Source: Eledone cirrhosa (taxonomy: Eukaryota). Taken from it: 64,000 nt of DNA. The translations under genes and the position numbers were made by a program. This document shows positions 1 to 12,240 of the stretch, one piece after another. The DNA is taken from assembly GCA_964016885.1 (NCBI GenBank), contig OZ024748.1, positions 10,974,001 through 11,038,000 of the forward strand. The letters are read 5' to 3'. The notes under the pieces were generated by a model. The model had not been told where the DNA came from. It made no database searches and saw only the letters and a program-made list of their open reading frames with translations. Each line of letters opens with the position of its first letter. Within the stretch, counting starts at the first letter, position 1.

Positions 1-34
1 GCATGTATATATATACATATATATATATATAAAT

Positions 35-131
<97 letters not shown>

Positions 132-324
132 ATTATCCATATAAATATATATATATAAATATATATATCCATAAATATATATATATATAAATAAATAAAT
201 ATGAATAAAAATATATATTTATGTAAATGTATATGCATATATATATGTTCAGACAAGTTGAAGAGGTATTTAGAAAAAAAAAAAAAAAATCTTAAATAAT
301 AACAAACCCATTCTCTAGAGTAAA

Positions 325-2343
325 TTAGGGGTCTCCGGAGAATTTCTCCACCACTTCTTGAATTTTCTTCACACACTCAGCACTAACATTCATCAAATCG
401 AATTTGAAAAATCCTTTCTCCACCAAACAGTTAGTGTCCTCAGCTGCCAGACAGGCAACCTTCTGGACCAAGTCTCTGTCTTTTGAAGAATTCACAACGT
501 TCATTATACGCCAAAGAATTTTCACAGTGAAACCGTTTGGCGTGATTTCCTCCAGCTCTTCTTGAGTGAGATCTTCCTGTTCGGATAAGGACTCCCCAGT
601 TCCGTGTTCTTTGATATCTCTATCAGGAGATTCTTCAGGACTGAGTCTGGCAGTGCTCTTCTCTTTACTGCCGACCGTCCGTGATTTTTCTTTGTCATTA
701 GTCTCGGTCTGATCGTTTAAATTTGGCTCACTTTTTACAGTTGGTTTACTATTGCTTGACTTCACCGTCTCAACCTCCTTCTTCACACTTCGGCTTTCGT
801 TGACCCCAATCTCTGACGTCTTCTCCTTCTTCACGATAGATTTGCTACTTTTATCCCTAAACTCTTTACTTTTAGAGTCTTTCTCTTTACTTTCTTTCGT
901 CTTCACATCCTTCGAAGATTTCACATCTTTGGTTGCTTTCAAGTTGTCCTTGGACAGCTTGTCATATTTTTTCTCTTTGGAAACATTTTCTGAAGCTGCC
1001 GAATTCTCTCGACTCACTTCCGGAGACTTCATCTCTTTCTCTTCTTTGGAGTGCTTAAGATCTTTACCTTCCTTTGGAGATTTCACACTGTCTTTGGGAG
1101 TTTCTTTGGAATCCTTTGGAGATTTAGTATTTTTACTTTCTTTCGATGATTTATCCTTCACTTCTTTCGGAGATTTTATACCTTTACCGTCTCTTGGAGT
1201 TTTATTTTCTTTCCCGTCTTTCAGAACTTTCCCATCTTTACTTTCTTTCAAACTTTTACTGTCTTTGCTGTCTCTACTGCGGTTATCTTTGCCATTGTCT
1301 TTAGTTTTAGCCTCTTTCTCCTTGCTGCTACTTTTACTATCTTTTTCTTCCTTATGAAATTTCATTTTATCTTTACTTTCCTTCTTAACCTTGTCTTTAG
1401 ATTCCTGGCTCACCTTGCCATCTTTTCCTTTCATTTCTTTCCCATCTCGCTCCTTGTTTTCTTTTACTTTCTTCTCATCACGCGAACTCTTCTCCTTATC
1501 TTTGCCATCTTTCTTTGGTCGATCTTTCTCTTTCTTAGATTCCTTCTCCTTACTCTCCTTCTTCTCCTCCTTTATGTGATCTTTCGACGAGCTGTCTTTC
1601 TTGTCTTCCTTCTGAGATTTCGACTTCTTGCTCTCGCCATCGTAATCATTGCCACCTGCTGCCGACTTCCTCTTCTCATTGGAGCTAGAGTCACCCTTAG
1701 ACTTAGAACTTGATTTGTGGGAACTGGACGACTTGCTCACTGACTTATTCGACGACGAATCTTTGTGGCTCTCCGGCGAAGTCAACACCGGGCTGTTGCA
1801 CGAGTTGAACGGGTGGTCGTCATCAAAGTCTTCTCCAACGTCATATGAAAGCTTTGACGAGGACTTCATACACTCCGTATTCGACGGTGAACTTGGGTTA
1901 CTCAAGTCACTGAAGTCGCTCAAACTGTCGGCCTTCTCGTTTTTGATCTGTTGACTTTTAAAACTTTCTTCCTTGCTACTCACTGGCAGAACCTTCTCCT
2001 TCTCAGTCTTTTTATCCCTTTCCTTCCCCGTGTAACCCTTCTCTTTACTCCGGTGCTTTTTGTCTTTCTCCTTGCTCTTCTGTCGATCTTTATACTTGTC
2101 TTTCGATGATTTCTCCTTCGTAGAGCTGTCCTTGCCTCCGCTATCATTATGTTTCTCCTTAACTTTCCCTTCTCCAAGGCTAATACTCAGCTTAATCTTC
2201 TTCCGTTCCCCGTCTTCATTGCTAGAAGATTCCATCGGACGTTTCGAAGACAAGGATGGTTCCTTTGGAGACATTTTATCCTTCATTGACTTTGATTCTT
2301 TGGAAGCAACACTGCCAGGTACTGTCTTCTGCTTTAGTTTAAA
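325..2343 (-). CDS. MLLT3: AF9/ENL (MLLT3/MLLT1-like) last coding exon: long K/E/D/S-rich disordered region plus C-terminal ANC1-homology domain (AHD)
   Basis: Acceptor ttttgttttcag ends at 2344; phase 0 FKLKQKTVP... to TAA at 325. C-terminus [20 protein letters not shown] resembles the AF9 AHD (FDFDLCSLDKTTVRKLQSYL). In frame with the upstream YEATS exons. Confidence 0.9.
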   Translation of the reverse strand, partial: FKLKQKTVPGSVASKESKSMKDKMSPKEPSLSSKRPMESSSNEDGERKKIKLSISLGEGKVKEKHNDSGGKDSSTKEKSSKDKYKDRQKSKEKDKKHRSKEKGYTGKERDKKTEKEKVLPVSSKEESFKSQQIKNEKADSLSDFSDLSNPSSPSNTECMKSSSKLSYDVGEDFDDDHPFNSCNSPVLTSPESHKDSSSNKSVSKSSSSHKSSSKSKGDSSSNEKRKSAAGGNDYDGESKKSKSQKEDKKDSSSKDHIKEEKKESKEKESKKEKDRPKKDGKDKEKSSRDEKKVKENKERDGKEMKGKDGKVSQESKDKVKKESKDKMKFHKEEKDSKSSSKEKEAKTKDNGKDNRSRDSKDSKSLKESKDGKVLKDGKENKTPRDGKGIKSPKEVKDKSSKESKNTKSPKDSKETPKDSVKSPKEGKDLKHSKEEKEMKSPEVSRENSAASENVSKEKKYDKLSKDNLKATKDVKSSKDVKTKESKEKDSKSKEFRDKSSKSIVKKEKTSEIGVNESRSVKKEVETVKSSNSKPTVKSEPNLNDQTETNDKEKSRTVGSKEKSTARLSPEESPDRDIKEHGTGESLSEQEDLTQEELEEITPNGFTVKILWRIMNVVNSSKDRDLVQKVACLAAEDTNCLVEKGFFKFDLMNVSAECVKKIQEVVEKFSGDP

Positions 2344-2466
2344 CTGAAAACAAAAAGAAAGTATGTCATACACAGGAGATACATTACATTAAATAATCAA
2401 ATGAGTTATGTTGTGACAGCTAACATGAGCATTTATGTGTGTGTATACATATATATATATAATATA

Positions 2467-2497
<31 letters not shown>

Positions 2498-2871
2498 CAT
2501 ATATATATATATATATATATCATATATATATATATATATATATCATATATATATATATATATATATATATAATCATCATCATCATCATTTCATTTTACGT
2601 CCGCTTTTTTCTCTGCTTGCAAGGGTGGGACGGGAACTGTTTCTGGCTTGATTTCTACAGCTGGATGCCCTTCCTAACACCAACCTCATTTACAGTGAGT
2701 TCTGGGTGCTTTTTTGCCGTGGCACCTCCACGACCACTTTGCAGTGGAATGATATGGATCTCAGTCCCTATCATCTCATTTCTACAGCTGAGTAAACTGG
2801 AGCAATGTGAAATAAAGTTTCTTGCTCAAGGAAACAACACATCACCCGGTCTGTGATTATATATATATATC

Positions 2872-2933
<62 letters not shown>

Positions 2934-2937
<4 letters not shown>

Positions 2938-4225
2938 TCTTAGAGAAGAATAAGCCACTATACTTAGCTTTTGTTGACCTAGAGAAGGCCTTTGATAGAG
3001 TACCCCAATCTGTCATTTGGTGGTCCCTAAGGAAACTAGGTGTAGAGGAATGGCTTGTGAGGACAGTGCAAGCTATGTACAGGAGTGCTGTCATTAAAGT
3101 GAGAGTAGGAATGGAGTTTAGCGAGGAATTCCAGATACAAGTAGGAGTACATCAGGGTTCGGTCCTCAGCCAGTTCTTGTTAATTATAGCCCTCCAAGCC
3201 ATAACAAAAGAGTTTAAGACTGGCTGCCCATGGGAATTTCTCTATGCTGAAGATCTGGTACTTATAGCAGAATCAGTTAAGGAGCTAGAGAATAAATTCT
3301 GGCTATGCAAACAGCAGTTGGAATCAAGAGGACTGAGAGTGAACCTAACTAAGACTAAAGTGTCGATAAGTAGAAAAGAGGACAAAACTCTGATTCCATC
3401 AGGGAAATTGTCATGTTTGATATGTAGAAAAGGAGTTGGCATAAATTCTATAAAATGTATACAATGCAGATCTTGGGTACACAAGAGATGTCGTGGGATA
3501 GCAGGCAAACTAACAGGTAGGGAAAACTACATATGCAGTTGATGTACAAATAAATTTGACAGTAGAAGTCACAATGATAGACACATTTTTCAAATGCAGG
3601 TAGGATCTATAGAGGTGGTTGATAGCTTCCGGTACCTAGGTGATCAGATTAGCAAGGGGGGAGGGTGCTCCGAGGCCATAGTATCTAGAATAAGGACGAG
3701 TTGGAAGAAGCTTAGGGAGCTGCTTCCTCTGTTGACAAAGAAGGGTTTCTCCCTGCAAACGAAAAGCCGGTTATATGATGCTTGTGTGAGATGCGCGATG
3801 CTGCATGGCAGTGACACATGGGCAGCAACTGCAGAGGATATGCGACGGCTGGAGAGAAATGAAACAAGCCTGCTCCGTTGGATGTGCAATGGCAATGTGT
3901 GTGAACGACGACCAAGCTTAGACAAGTTGAGAGAGAAACAGTGTATAAGAGGGATAAATTGTAGTGTGCGGGAGAGAAGACTGTGTTGGTATGGACATGT
4001 GATGTGCATGGAGGATGACCGCTGGGTAAAGAAGTGCCAAGAAATCCCAGTAGAAGGAAAACGCAGTGGAGGAAGAGCACAAAAAACATGGGTGGAGGTG
4101 GTGAGAGCTTATCTCAGATCACTGAAGCTCACGGAGGAGATGACGAATGAAGAGATGCTGTGCTGTATAGGGCACTTCCCACCTTTGCAAGCAAGGAAAA
4201 GGGTACGTAAAATGATGATGATGAT
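2934..4225 (+). mobile_element. 5'-truncated RTE-clade LINE (reverse transcriptase with Cys-rich insert), one premature stop
   Basis: FVDLEKAFDRVP, GVHQGSVLS, LYAED (YADD-like), FRYLGD, LCWYGHVM; the two track ORFs are in the same frame separated by TGA at 3540; (GAT)n tail; starts at a (GA)n tract; antisense in the AF9/ENL last intron. Confidence 0.92.
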
Positions 4226-4270
4226 ATAATACATATATATATAAATAATATATCATCATATGCATACATA

Positions 4271-4317
<47 letters not shown>

Positions 4318-4541
4318 TAATGTATATATATATATATATATCCATTTTTATCATCACCACTAACATTTAATGTCATATATATTTATATACATACATACAC
4401 ACACATGTGTATGTGTATGTGTGTTGTTTTTTTGTTTACTTTGAGGTACAAATATACAAACGAGGCTCCACACAGCCGTGTGTTACAAGAAGAATGTTGG
4501 TCCTGATGTATGTTTGTCATATGTTAAGTAAACAGGATGAC

Positions 4542-4612
4542 ATATCCGGACCTAAAGGTTTCACACAGTCAACCTTGTGGTGTATCTGTTGACTAAACTC
4601 ATCAGAAGATAT
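4542..4612 (-). ncRNA. Type I hammerhead ribozyme motif (intronic, sense to AF9/ENL)
   Basis: Minus strand ATATCTT-CTGATGA-gtttAGTCAAC...GTTGACTgtgt-GAAA-CCT-TT-AGG-TC-CGGATAT; all core motifs, GUC cleavage triplet, one mismatch at the base of stem I. Confidence 0.65.
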
Positions 4613-4808
4613 TAAAGAAATAGCTGGCTAACTGCTGACAGGTACAGTTGGCCATAGGCTTCATTGAATGACACCTTTAGACATACATCTCATTCTGTTT
4701 ACCTTACATGCACACATACAAACACACACACACATGCCATATGTGGTTGACGGCTGAGAGAAAGGCATACTTAATACAGAAGTAGAGGTTTAATATTCAT
4801 TATATTAA

Positions 4809-5029
4809 CCCTTTAGTATTTAAACTGGCCGTATCCAGCCAGAATTCTCTCACCTCTCTCTGTTCAAACTGGCCATAACTGGCTGCCCATACTTATGTTA
4901 AGGTATTGTTCTCAAAAGAAATAATATAAAAATCTCATAGATTCAATATTATGTGAAATAATTATGTGAAATATAGTGTTAACCATGAAAATACAATAGT
5001 AAATATAGAGTAATGTAAATGGTAAAGGG
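4809..5029. mobile_element. piggyBac-type MITE (copy at 9057-9255; partial at about 34605-34801)
   Basis: TTAA|CCCTTTA ... TAAAGGG|TTAA termini; internal sequence shared among copies. Confidence 0.75.
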
Positions 5030-5162
5030 TTAAGGCTGAATACTGAGTCTTGTTACTCTGGAGTTTCGCCTGTTTATCACAGGGTCATAAGACAAGAACT
5101 ATTGTCTGATGACCCTGTTATCTACAGGCAAAACTCCAGAGTAACAAGACTCACTATATAGC

Positions 5163-5220
<58 letters not shown>

Positions 5221-5578
5221 GCTATATAGTGAGTCTTGTTATTCTGGAGTTTTGCCTGTAGATAACAGGGTCATCAGACAATCAGACAATATATATATAT
5301 ATATATATAAATAGATAAAAGTAATCAGGCTTAAATTAGATTAATTATTTAATTGATTTACGCAGGTTTCGGTTGATACAACAGGAATATTCATTTCAGC
5401 TGTATTGATCTTTTCAAAATCACATTTAAGGTTTGAATTATTCTTTGCCTTTATATGGTTGAGGCTTTCACTCATCTAAACTATTTATATATATATATTG
5501 AAGGACTAACTTTATTCATATGTAACCCATTTGCAACCACGCAGCACGTTTATTCTCATATTTACACTTATTTATATA

Positions 5579-5930
5579 TCATCATCATCATCATCATCAT
5601 CATTTTACGTCCCCTTTTCCCTGCTTGCAAGGGTGGGACGGGAACTGATTCTGGCTTGATTTCTACAGCTGGATGCCCTTCCTAACACCAACCTCATTTA
5701 CAGTGAGTGCTGGGTGCTTTTTTTTGCCGTGGCACCTCCACGACCACTTTGCAGTGGAATGATAAGGACCCCAGTTCCTATCATCTCATTTCTACAGCTG
5801 AGTAAACTGGAGCAATGTGAAATAAAGTGTGTTGCTCAAGGAAACAACACATCACATTCAATTCTGAGAATTGAACTCACAACCTTTCGATTGCAAGGCC
5901 AATGCTCTAACCACTAAGCCATGTGCCTCC
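5579..5930 (-). mobile_element. Full-length tRNA-derived SINE family B (other copies 2573-2853, 16506-16836, 39850-40120; partial relatives throughout)
   Basis: Minus strand head GGAGGCACATGGCTTAGTGGTTAGAGCATTGG...GAGTTCAATTCT (A and B boxes), central CCTTGAGCAA..CACTTTATTTCACATTGCTCCAG domain, RTE-like tail ending in (GAT)n. Confidence 0.88.
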
Positions 5931-6153
5931 TATAAATAATTAACTCGTAAGAAACAGGGCTTGTTAGCAAGCCACATCGCACACTGGAATAGTTCCTTTA
6001 TTTTCCTCAGAAGAAGAGATATTAATCTCAAAATATCAGGACATATGAATAAATTAAGGTAAACAAACAACCCCTGTTTCTTACAATTTAATTATTCTCC
6101 GTCTAAACCCGCATTGTCATGGCTTTCAAACTTCAAATTCTTTATATATATGC

Positions 6154-6194
<41 letters not shown>

Positions 6195-6260
6195 GTTGGT
6201 GCCACAAAATCCAGGCCGAAACAAATGAGATCGTGTAGGTGTCACGAAAAAAAAAACACA

Positions 6261-6716
6261 CAGTCCACGCTGTAATGTGACCGTGTAGGCAACACGGTAA
6301 AAACCTCCCAGCCCCACACTGTAAATGTGGTTGGTGTTAGGAAGGGCATCCAGCTGTAGAAAACCTGCCAGACAGTCCACGCTGTAATGTGGCCGTGTAG
6401 GCAACACGGTAAAAACGTCCCAGTCCCACACTGTAAATGTGGTTGGTGTTAGGAAGGGCATCCAGCTGTAGAAAACCTGCCAGACAGTCCACGCTGTAAT
6501 GTGGCCGTGTAGGCAACACGGTAAAAACGTCCCAGTCCCACACTGTAAATGTGGTTGGTGTTAGGAAGGGCATCCAGCTGTAGAAAACCTGCCAGACAGT
6601 CCACGCTGTAATGTGGCCGTGTAGGCAACACGGTAAAAACCTCCCAGCCCCACACTGTAAATGTGGTTGGTGTTAGGAAGGGCATCCAACTGTAGAAAAC
6701 CCGCCAGACAGTCCTA
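6261..6716 (+). repeat. 112-bp tandem array (about 4 units) from a SINE 3' segment
   Basis: Unit starts cagtcc at 6261, 6373, 6485, 6597 and 6709. Confidence 0.9.
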
Positions 6717-7724
6717 TGCGAGCAAGACAACCACTCTTGCCTCAAGTGGGAAAACTCCCGTCCAAACCCATGCAAGCATGGAACACGGACGTTAAACGAT
6801 GATGATGATGATGATATATATATATGCATATATGTGTGTTCTACAGTTGGATGCCCTTCCTAACTCTCACCACATTTACAGTGTGAGCTGGATGTTTTGT
6901 AGTACCAACATAATATATATATATATATCATCACTATTTCTGTTTAACATCAATTTTTCTACGTTTGCATGGGTTGGACAGGTCATGCATCGCACCTTGC
7001 TCCGGCAAGGTCTGTAAATTTGTCTGGGTATTTTACAGCTGGATGCCCTTCCTAACACCAACCACATTTACATAATATTAAATTTGCGTATTTGAATTGT
7101 TGCATAGAGGAGAGTTTCTTGCTGTCAGAGAATTGGATGTCCTATCTCTTGTTAAAACACCCAACTGTTGGGTAGAAGTTAGACAAATAAATATTTTGTA
7201 CCTGCTATTATAATGCTAGCAATGGCTGCTTGAAATAGTGAGGGTGACTTTAAATGACCACTTGGTTTGCTAGATATAGCAGTTATATACATTACCCTCA
7301 AATCACACATTATAAATTTTACAAAAGAAAATAGACACATTTGTTATTGTAGTTCTAAATACACTCTCAAAAAAAATAAATAAATAAAAATAAAAATGAA
7401 ATAAAATGTAAAAAAAAAGGGGCAGGGAAAAAAACTGAAACAGTCATGCATAGAATATCATGGTTCATAGGTATAGTTGATTAGGGAGGGAAACCTAGGC
7501 TTAAACAATAATAACAACAACACAATGGTTGAGGTTGTTTCAGAGCTTTGAAACTAATCAAAGACACCCAAGTATGATTTCACACAGTTCTGGTAACCTC
7601 GACGGAATGTGTCACAGAAGTTGCGTGGTACTAATCACACAAAATACTTTGCTAAACGAGATCTCAGGTTAAAACATTAAATCGTTCGGGGTTTGTTTTA
7701 ATTCTGTCTTAAGACATCACCTAC

Positions 7725-7799
7725 CTTGCCTGACCCGTTGGATTTACACAATTTCATATCCTGTCTAATGGGTAGCATTTGTGTGAGAGGAAGCGCCGT
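7725..7799 (-). CDS. MLLT3: AF9/ENL coding exon 4 (TALPLTQMLPIRQDMKLCKSNGSGK)
   Basis: 75 nt, phase 0/0, flanked by tctttatgctttcag and AAG|gtaggt; open and frame-compatible with neighbours. No recognisable homology. Confidence 0.65.
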
Positions 7800-8734
7800 C
7801 TGAAAGCATAAAGACTGAAAAACTGAGTGTTTACAAAACTCTATTGTGTGGTGAGAGCGGAAGCCACAAACGAGGAGTAGAACACCAGCCTAAAATATCT
7901 TGTCTTTCAGATGACATATGTTTTAAATTCGGTGTTTAAAACCATTTCAAGTCCCATATGCAGGACATATCATATTTAACACTAACTATATATACATATA
8001 TATAGAGAGGATATTATTATAATCCTTCACTCCCAGATCACATCATGAAATGAGCAGGACTGAGATGGGTTTCTCACTATATATATATTTATATATACAT
8101 ATTCGTATGTATATGTATATTTATATATTTATAAGATGTAGAGCTTTACAGCTGGCCAAGCCTCTAGAGTACTGGCACACCTGACCGAGGGATTGGGGAG
8201 GTTCAACGGCTTGTATCCCGTTAAAAATGCGGCTCTGTGTCCCTGATGGATGTGCACAGTGAATCCAGGGGGTCCAATTTCCATAGCTGTAAACAAGTAC
8301 CATGAAAATGTGCAATTCACTTCACTGCTGCAGTAAATATTAAAGAATATTATAGTAGAAAAAAACATGTTTCATTAGTTTTCCTGGTTACAGAAAAGGG
8401 GGCAAAAAATAAAAACAAAAAAAACAACAAAAAAATCAAGATAAATTCACTCAAGTGTAACGGAGTTGAGGTGTTGCATACATATAATTGTTTCTACTTT
8501 GGGCAGTACATTACTGATACTTTATTTTATCGACCCCGTAAGGATGAAAGGCAAAGCTGACCTCGGCGGATTTGAACTCAGAATGGAAAGGGCCATAATT
8601 CTATGCGTCAATATTCTATATACAATGAGACATTGACATATTTTGGACTATTTCAATCTATATTGATAACCCTTCACATATCACAAGCACCAACTCTTCA
8701 CCAATGCATGCTGAGTCCTTACTACTACTACTTT

Positions 8735-8870
8735 TGCTGCGCCGTGGGGGAAGAGTCCTTAAACACTCCTTCCAGTGGGTCTTGTCAGAAGCAACTGTTT
8801 CCAACTGATCCAGCTGAATCCACAAGCGAGACCAGCCAAACTCCTGGATGTTATCCAACCACCCAAAATT
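8735..8870 (-). mobile_element. RTE-like LINE 3' ORF remnant (related copy at about 47945-48100, minus)
   Basis: DNIQEFGWSRLWIQLDQLETVASDKTHWK resembles an RTE ORF2 C-terminus; the 48 kb copy reads GRPRAR..SIHKFVWSSLGIQLDRLKAVVSGRALWK. Confidence 0.55.
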
Positions 8871-9581
8871 CTGATACCATGAAATAAGTTTTTGTGTTGT
8901 TTTTCAAATACTTAAAAATGAGTTTCCCGTGGTGTAATTGATTCAGTTTCAACATAGAGTGTAAAAAAGTCACTTGCCAGCCAAATACAACCCTAAAAAT
9001 CATTTCTAATTTAAGCACAAAGCCAATAAATTTGGGGGACGGGCAGAATTGACTAACCCTTTAGCATTTAAACTGGCCAGATATGGCCAGAATTTCTCTC
9101 ATCTCTTTCTGTTCAAACTAGTCACTCATACTGACGTTAAGGTATTGTTCTCAAAATAAATAACATCAAAATTTCATAGATTCGATATTATGTGAGATAA
9201 AGCCTTTACTGCAAAAATACAATAGTATATATAGAGTAATGAAACTGCTAAAGGGTTAATCAACATCCAGCACTCCAATGGTATTTTATGTTAACCTCTG
9301 GAAGGATGAAAAGCTAAATTAACCTCAGCAGGATTTGAACTGAGAATATAAAGTGCAGGAACACAATACTGCTAAGCATTCATCTGATGTTCTAAACACA
9401 CCACTAACCCCCCATCCTCACCCAAGTACAACTCTTAGAATCCTATACCAAACATTTAAAGAACATTTTCTCTCCATAGAACTAAACCTTTGCCCTAAAC
9501 AAAAACTAGAGTAGGGAGGAATTGACAAAAGTCCTTTTTTTTTTTTTTTTTTAGATTTTAGTTCTATATATATATACTTAC

Positions 9582-9808
9582 AGCTCCGGCTTTCAGTAGC
9601 TTCTCTTTGAATTCTTCAGTGGGGTTTTGGAAAGTTAATTTCTCACAGCGAGAGTTATTTACAGCTGGGCCACCTAAACCTTGTAAGAACAGATCATAGT
9701 TGAAGCAGATCTTTTTCGGCTCCTCTTTGTTTTTAAAGTAAAGTTCCACTGGCAAGACAAAGCCAGCATATCCTGATTCCGTCACCTGGAATGGAGCTTC
9801 CTTAACAA
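9582..9808 (-). CDS. MLLT3: AF9/ENL coding exon 3, YEATS domain C-terminal half
   Basis: (V)[75 protein letters not shown] matches AF9/ENL YEATS; acceptor ttctttctctag, donor GCT|gtaagt. Confidence 0.95.
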
Positions 9809-10869
9809 CTAGAGAAAGAAGAAGAAATAAACAAAAACATAAGAAAATCAAACAAACACTGGGATATAGTAAAACGATATCTTGACATAGGCTCAATGGG
9901 GTGGTATATACCCAGGTTAGAATAGATACACTGTATCTCTATTAAGAGGCAATTGAATCTTAACATCATCATCACCACTTTACATCCATGTTCCATGATG
10001 GCATTTGTTGAATGGATTGTCATGTTCTGGGGCTAGACAGGTCAGATGATCATGTCTTGCTTATAGGTTCTGTTTTGATGTAGTTTCTATAGCTGGATGC
10101 ACTTCCTAATGCCAACCACTTTATAGTGTGTACAGGGTATGTTTTATCGTGACTCCGGCACTACCACGTTACAGGGTGGATTGGGTGTTTTTTTGTTGTG
10201 GCACAAGCACTATCACTTTACAGGATGGCCTGGGTGCTTTTTGTCATGGCACCAGCAATACCAGTTTACAGTGTGGGCTGAGTGTGCTTTGCCATAGATG
10301 CCCTTTGTATCACCACCCCAGAGCATTCTACTGGACACATTTCCTGCAATTTTCAACACATAAACATCTTTGGCAATTGATGATCCGATATTCTTTGAAA
10401 AGTAGCCAACCTAGGTATAGTTGTTCCAATCAACCCCAGTACATGACTGGGTACTTTATTTTTATCAACAACACCGTGAGAGAATAAAAGGCAAAGTCGA
10501 CTATATATAACTACATATTATGTATCATCATTATTATCGTTTAACGTCTATCTTTCACTCTAGCATGGGTTACGGTATATATATATAACTATATATATAT
10601 AACTATATATATATAACTATATATATATAAGAACAACATTAATAAAAATGCTGATGTTACATAAATCGTTTATTCATTATAATTATTTCACCAGTTCCCT
10701 TGTGCAATCCATGATGTAATGTATGCATTTGTTGTTGTTAAGGGAACGATATCTTCAGATGAAAAATCCGATTTTTGTCCCTGGCTATACATATATAACT
10801 ATATATAAAGGTATAATAAATATCTTAAAAAAAATATATATATATATATATATATATATTATACTTTAC

Positions 10870-11053
10870 CTCGTCTCGGCTTCTGGAAACTCTCGTGTAA
10901 ATAAAAAATAACTTTATCAACAAAATGATGAATTGGACTGTCATTCTGTCCACGGACAAATATCGTCCAATCGTGAGTGAATCCATCTGGAGTCTTTTTC
11001 TTCCGTATATTCGCCTGGTGACCAATTTCAACCTTCACTTGGACTAAATTATT
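10870..11053 (-). CDS. MLLT3: AF9/ENL coding exon 2, YEATS domain N-terminal half
   Basis: Manual translation [61 protein letters not shown] with FTHDW and LHESF motifs; acceptor tttttctag, donor G|gtaaag (phase 1). This frame is not in the ORF track. Confidence 0.95.
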
Positions 11054-11675
11054 CTAGAAAAAAAAAAAGATATTTGTATAAATAAATTTTGTTTAATCAG
11101 AGACAAAAATAAGTGTCTTTAGGGTAATTTCCTTGGTAAAGCAGGAGATTAACCTTACAGGACCCATAACAGGTTTTATACTCATTATGGTACTTTATTT
11201 ATCAACTATAAAATGATGAAAAATAAAGCTGACCTCAGTATGATTTGAACTCAGAGTACACAGAAATGGAACAAATACTACAAGGCATTTACTCCTATGC
11301 TCTAATGACTCTGTCTTATTAGAAATATGGTAATGAAAGGGTCAAACAAAACAGTGTTTTGTAGAGGGAATTTATTCCTTTAAAAAAAAAAATTCCTATT
11401 AAGACACCCTACAGAATGAAACTCCAAACTTTTCTTTTCTGTAGAAATCTGGAATTCTGACGAACCCGTTTCAAGGAAACACTCCTGCCTTTCGTGACTC
11501 TACGGGTGGTAACTGATGTTTAGCAACAGGCCAATTCAAGGAAACTTATGGTCAAAGACTTTCCGGCCATGACCATCTTCTCTTCATATAATAAATATAT
11601 CCAGGACAACATTATTCAAAGATTGTACTTAATTCTTTTTGTCATGTCCACAAGAGTGTCAGTTACAAAGTTTGG

Positions 11676-12240
11676 CTAGATGTGATTCCGCCATAGCTGA
11701 ACACATTGCTGTCCTTTCTCATTAAACTCTGCCAAGTCCAGCATGGGGCATATCACGAGGTGCTGCATAGTCTGTGGATCGATGCCACAGTCACATACAA
11801 TGTCCCCATCCTTTATATATCCCAAATTTTGCAAGAGTGACTTTTCCACATCCAACAACAGATCTTAGTTTGTTTAAGCATTTCCACACTGCATAGTTTG
11901 TATCTGTATTGTAATTCATGTCCTATGCAAACTGTGATACATGAGTGTGCCCATGAAATATATACTCATACACCAGGTCCCAACACAAAAGAACCAAACT
12001 CCCACTGTCACTGACTCCGTCTCTCCCACTCTTCCCATTATGAGCAAATGGGGGCCCCATGTGCTGGCAGCCTCAACGGACAGAATAGAGAATGTGATTC
12101 CCTGGAGGATGGTGAGGGAGACATGCTGGAAGAGCCATTCCAGCTATGTCCTTTCTCCTTTTCAGATGCTAAGCTGTTGTTATATGACGATAATTTGGCT
12201 GCTATTTCTAGCAAGTCAAGCAACCAGGTGGAAAATCCTT
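11676..12240 (-). mobile_element. Degenerate non-LTR retrotransposon 3' end (Ingi/RTEX-like zinc-knuckle C-terminus)
   Basis: VWKCLNKLRS followed after a frameshift by LGYIKDGDIVCDCGIDPQTMQHLVICP, the typical CxCG-x-QTxxHxxxCP knuckle. Confidence 0.65.

Noticed and set aside
752-2347. Plus-strand Leu/Ser/Phe-rich ORFs (752-1357, 1354-1713, 1649-1954, 2060-2347)
   Set aside because: Antisense shadows of the K/E/D/S-rich AF9/ENL exon.
5860-5930. tRNA-like sequence (also at other SINE heads)
   Set aside because: SINE head followed by SINE body; no complete cloverleaf as an independent tRNA gene.
8658-8858. Minus-strand ORF as a possible AF9/ENL exon
   Set aside because: Resembles an RTE ORF2 C-terminus and has a related copy near 48 kb.
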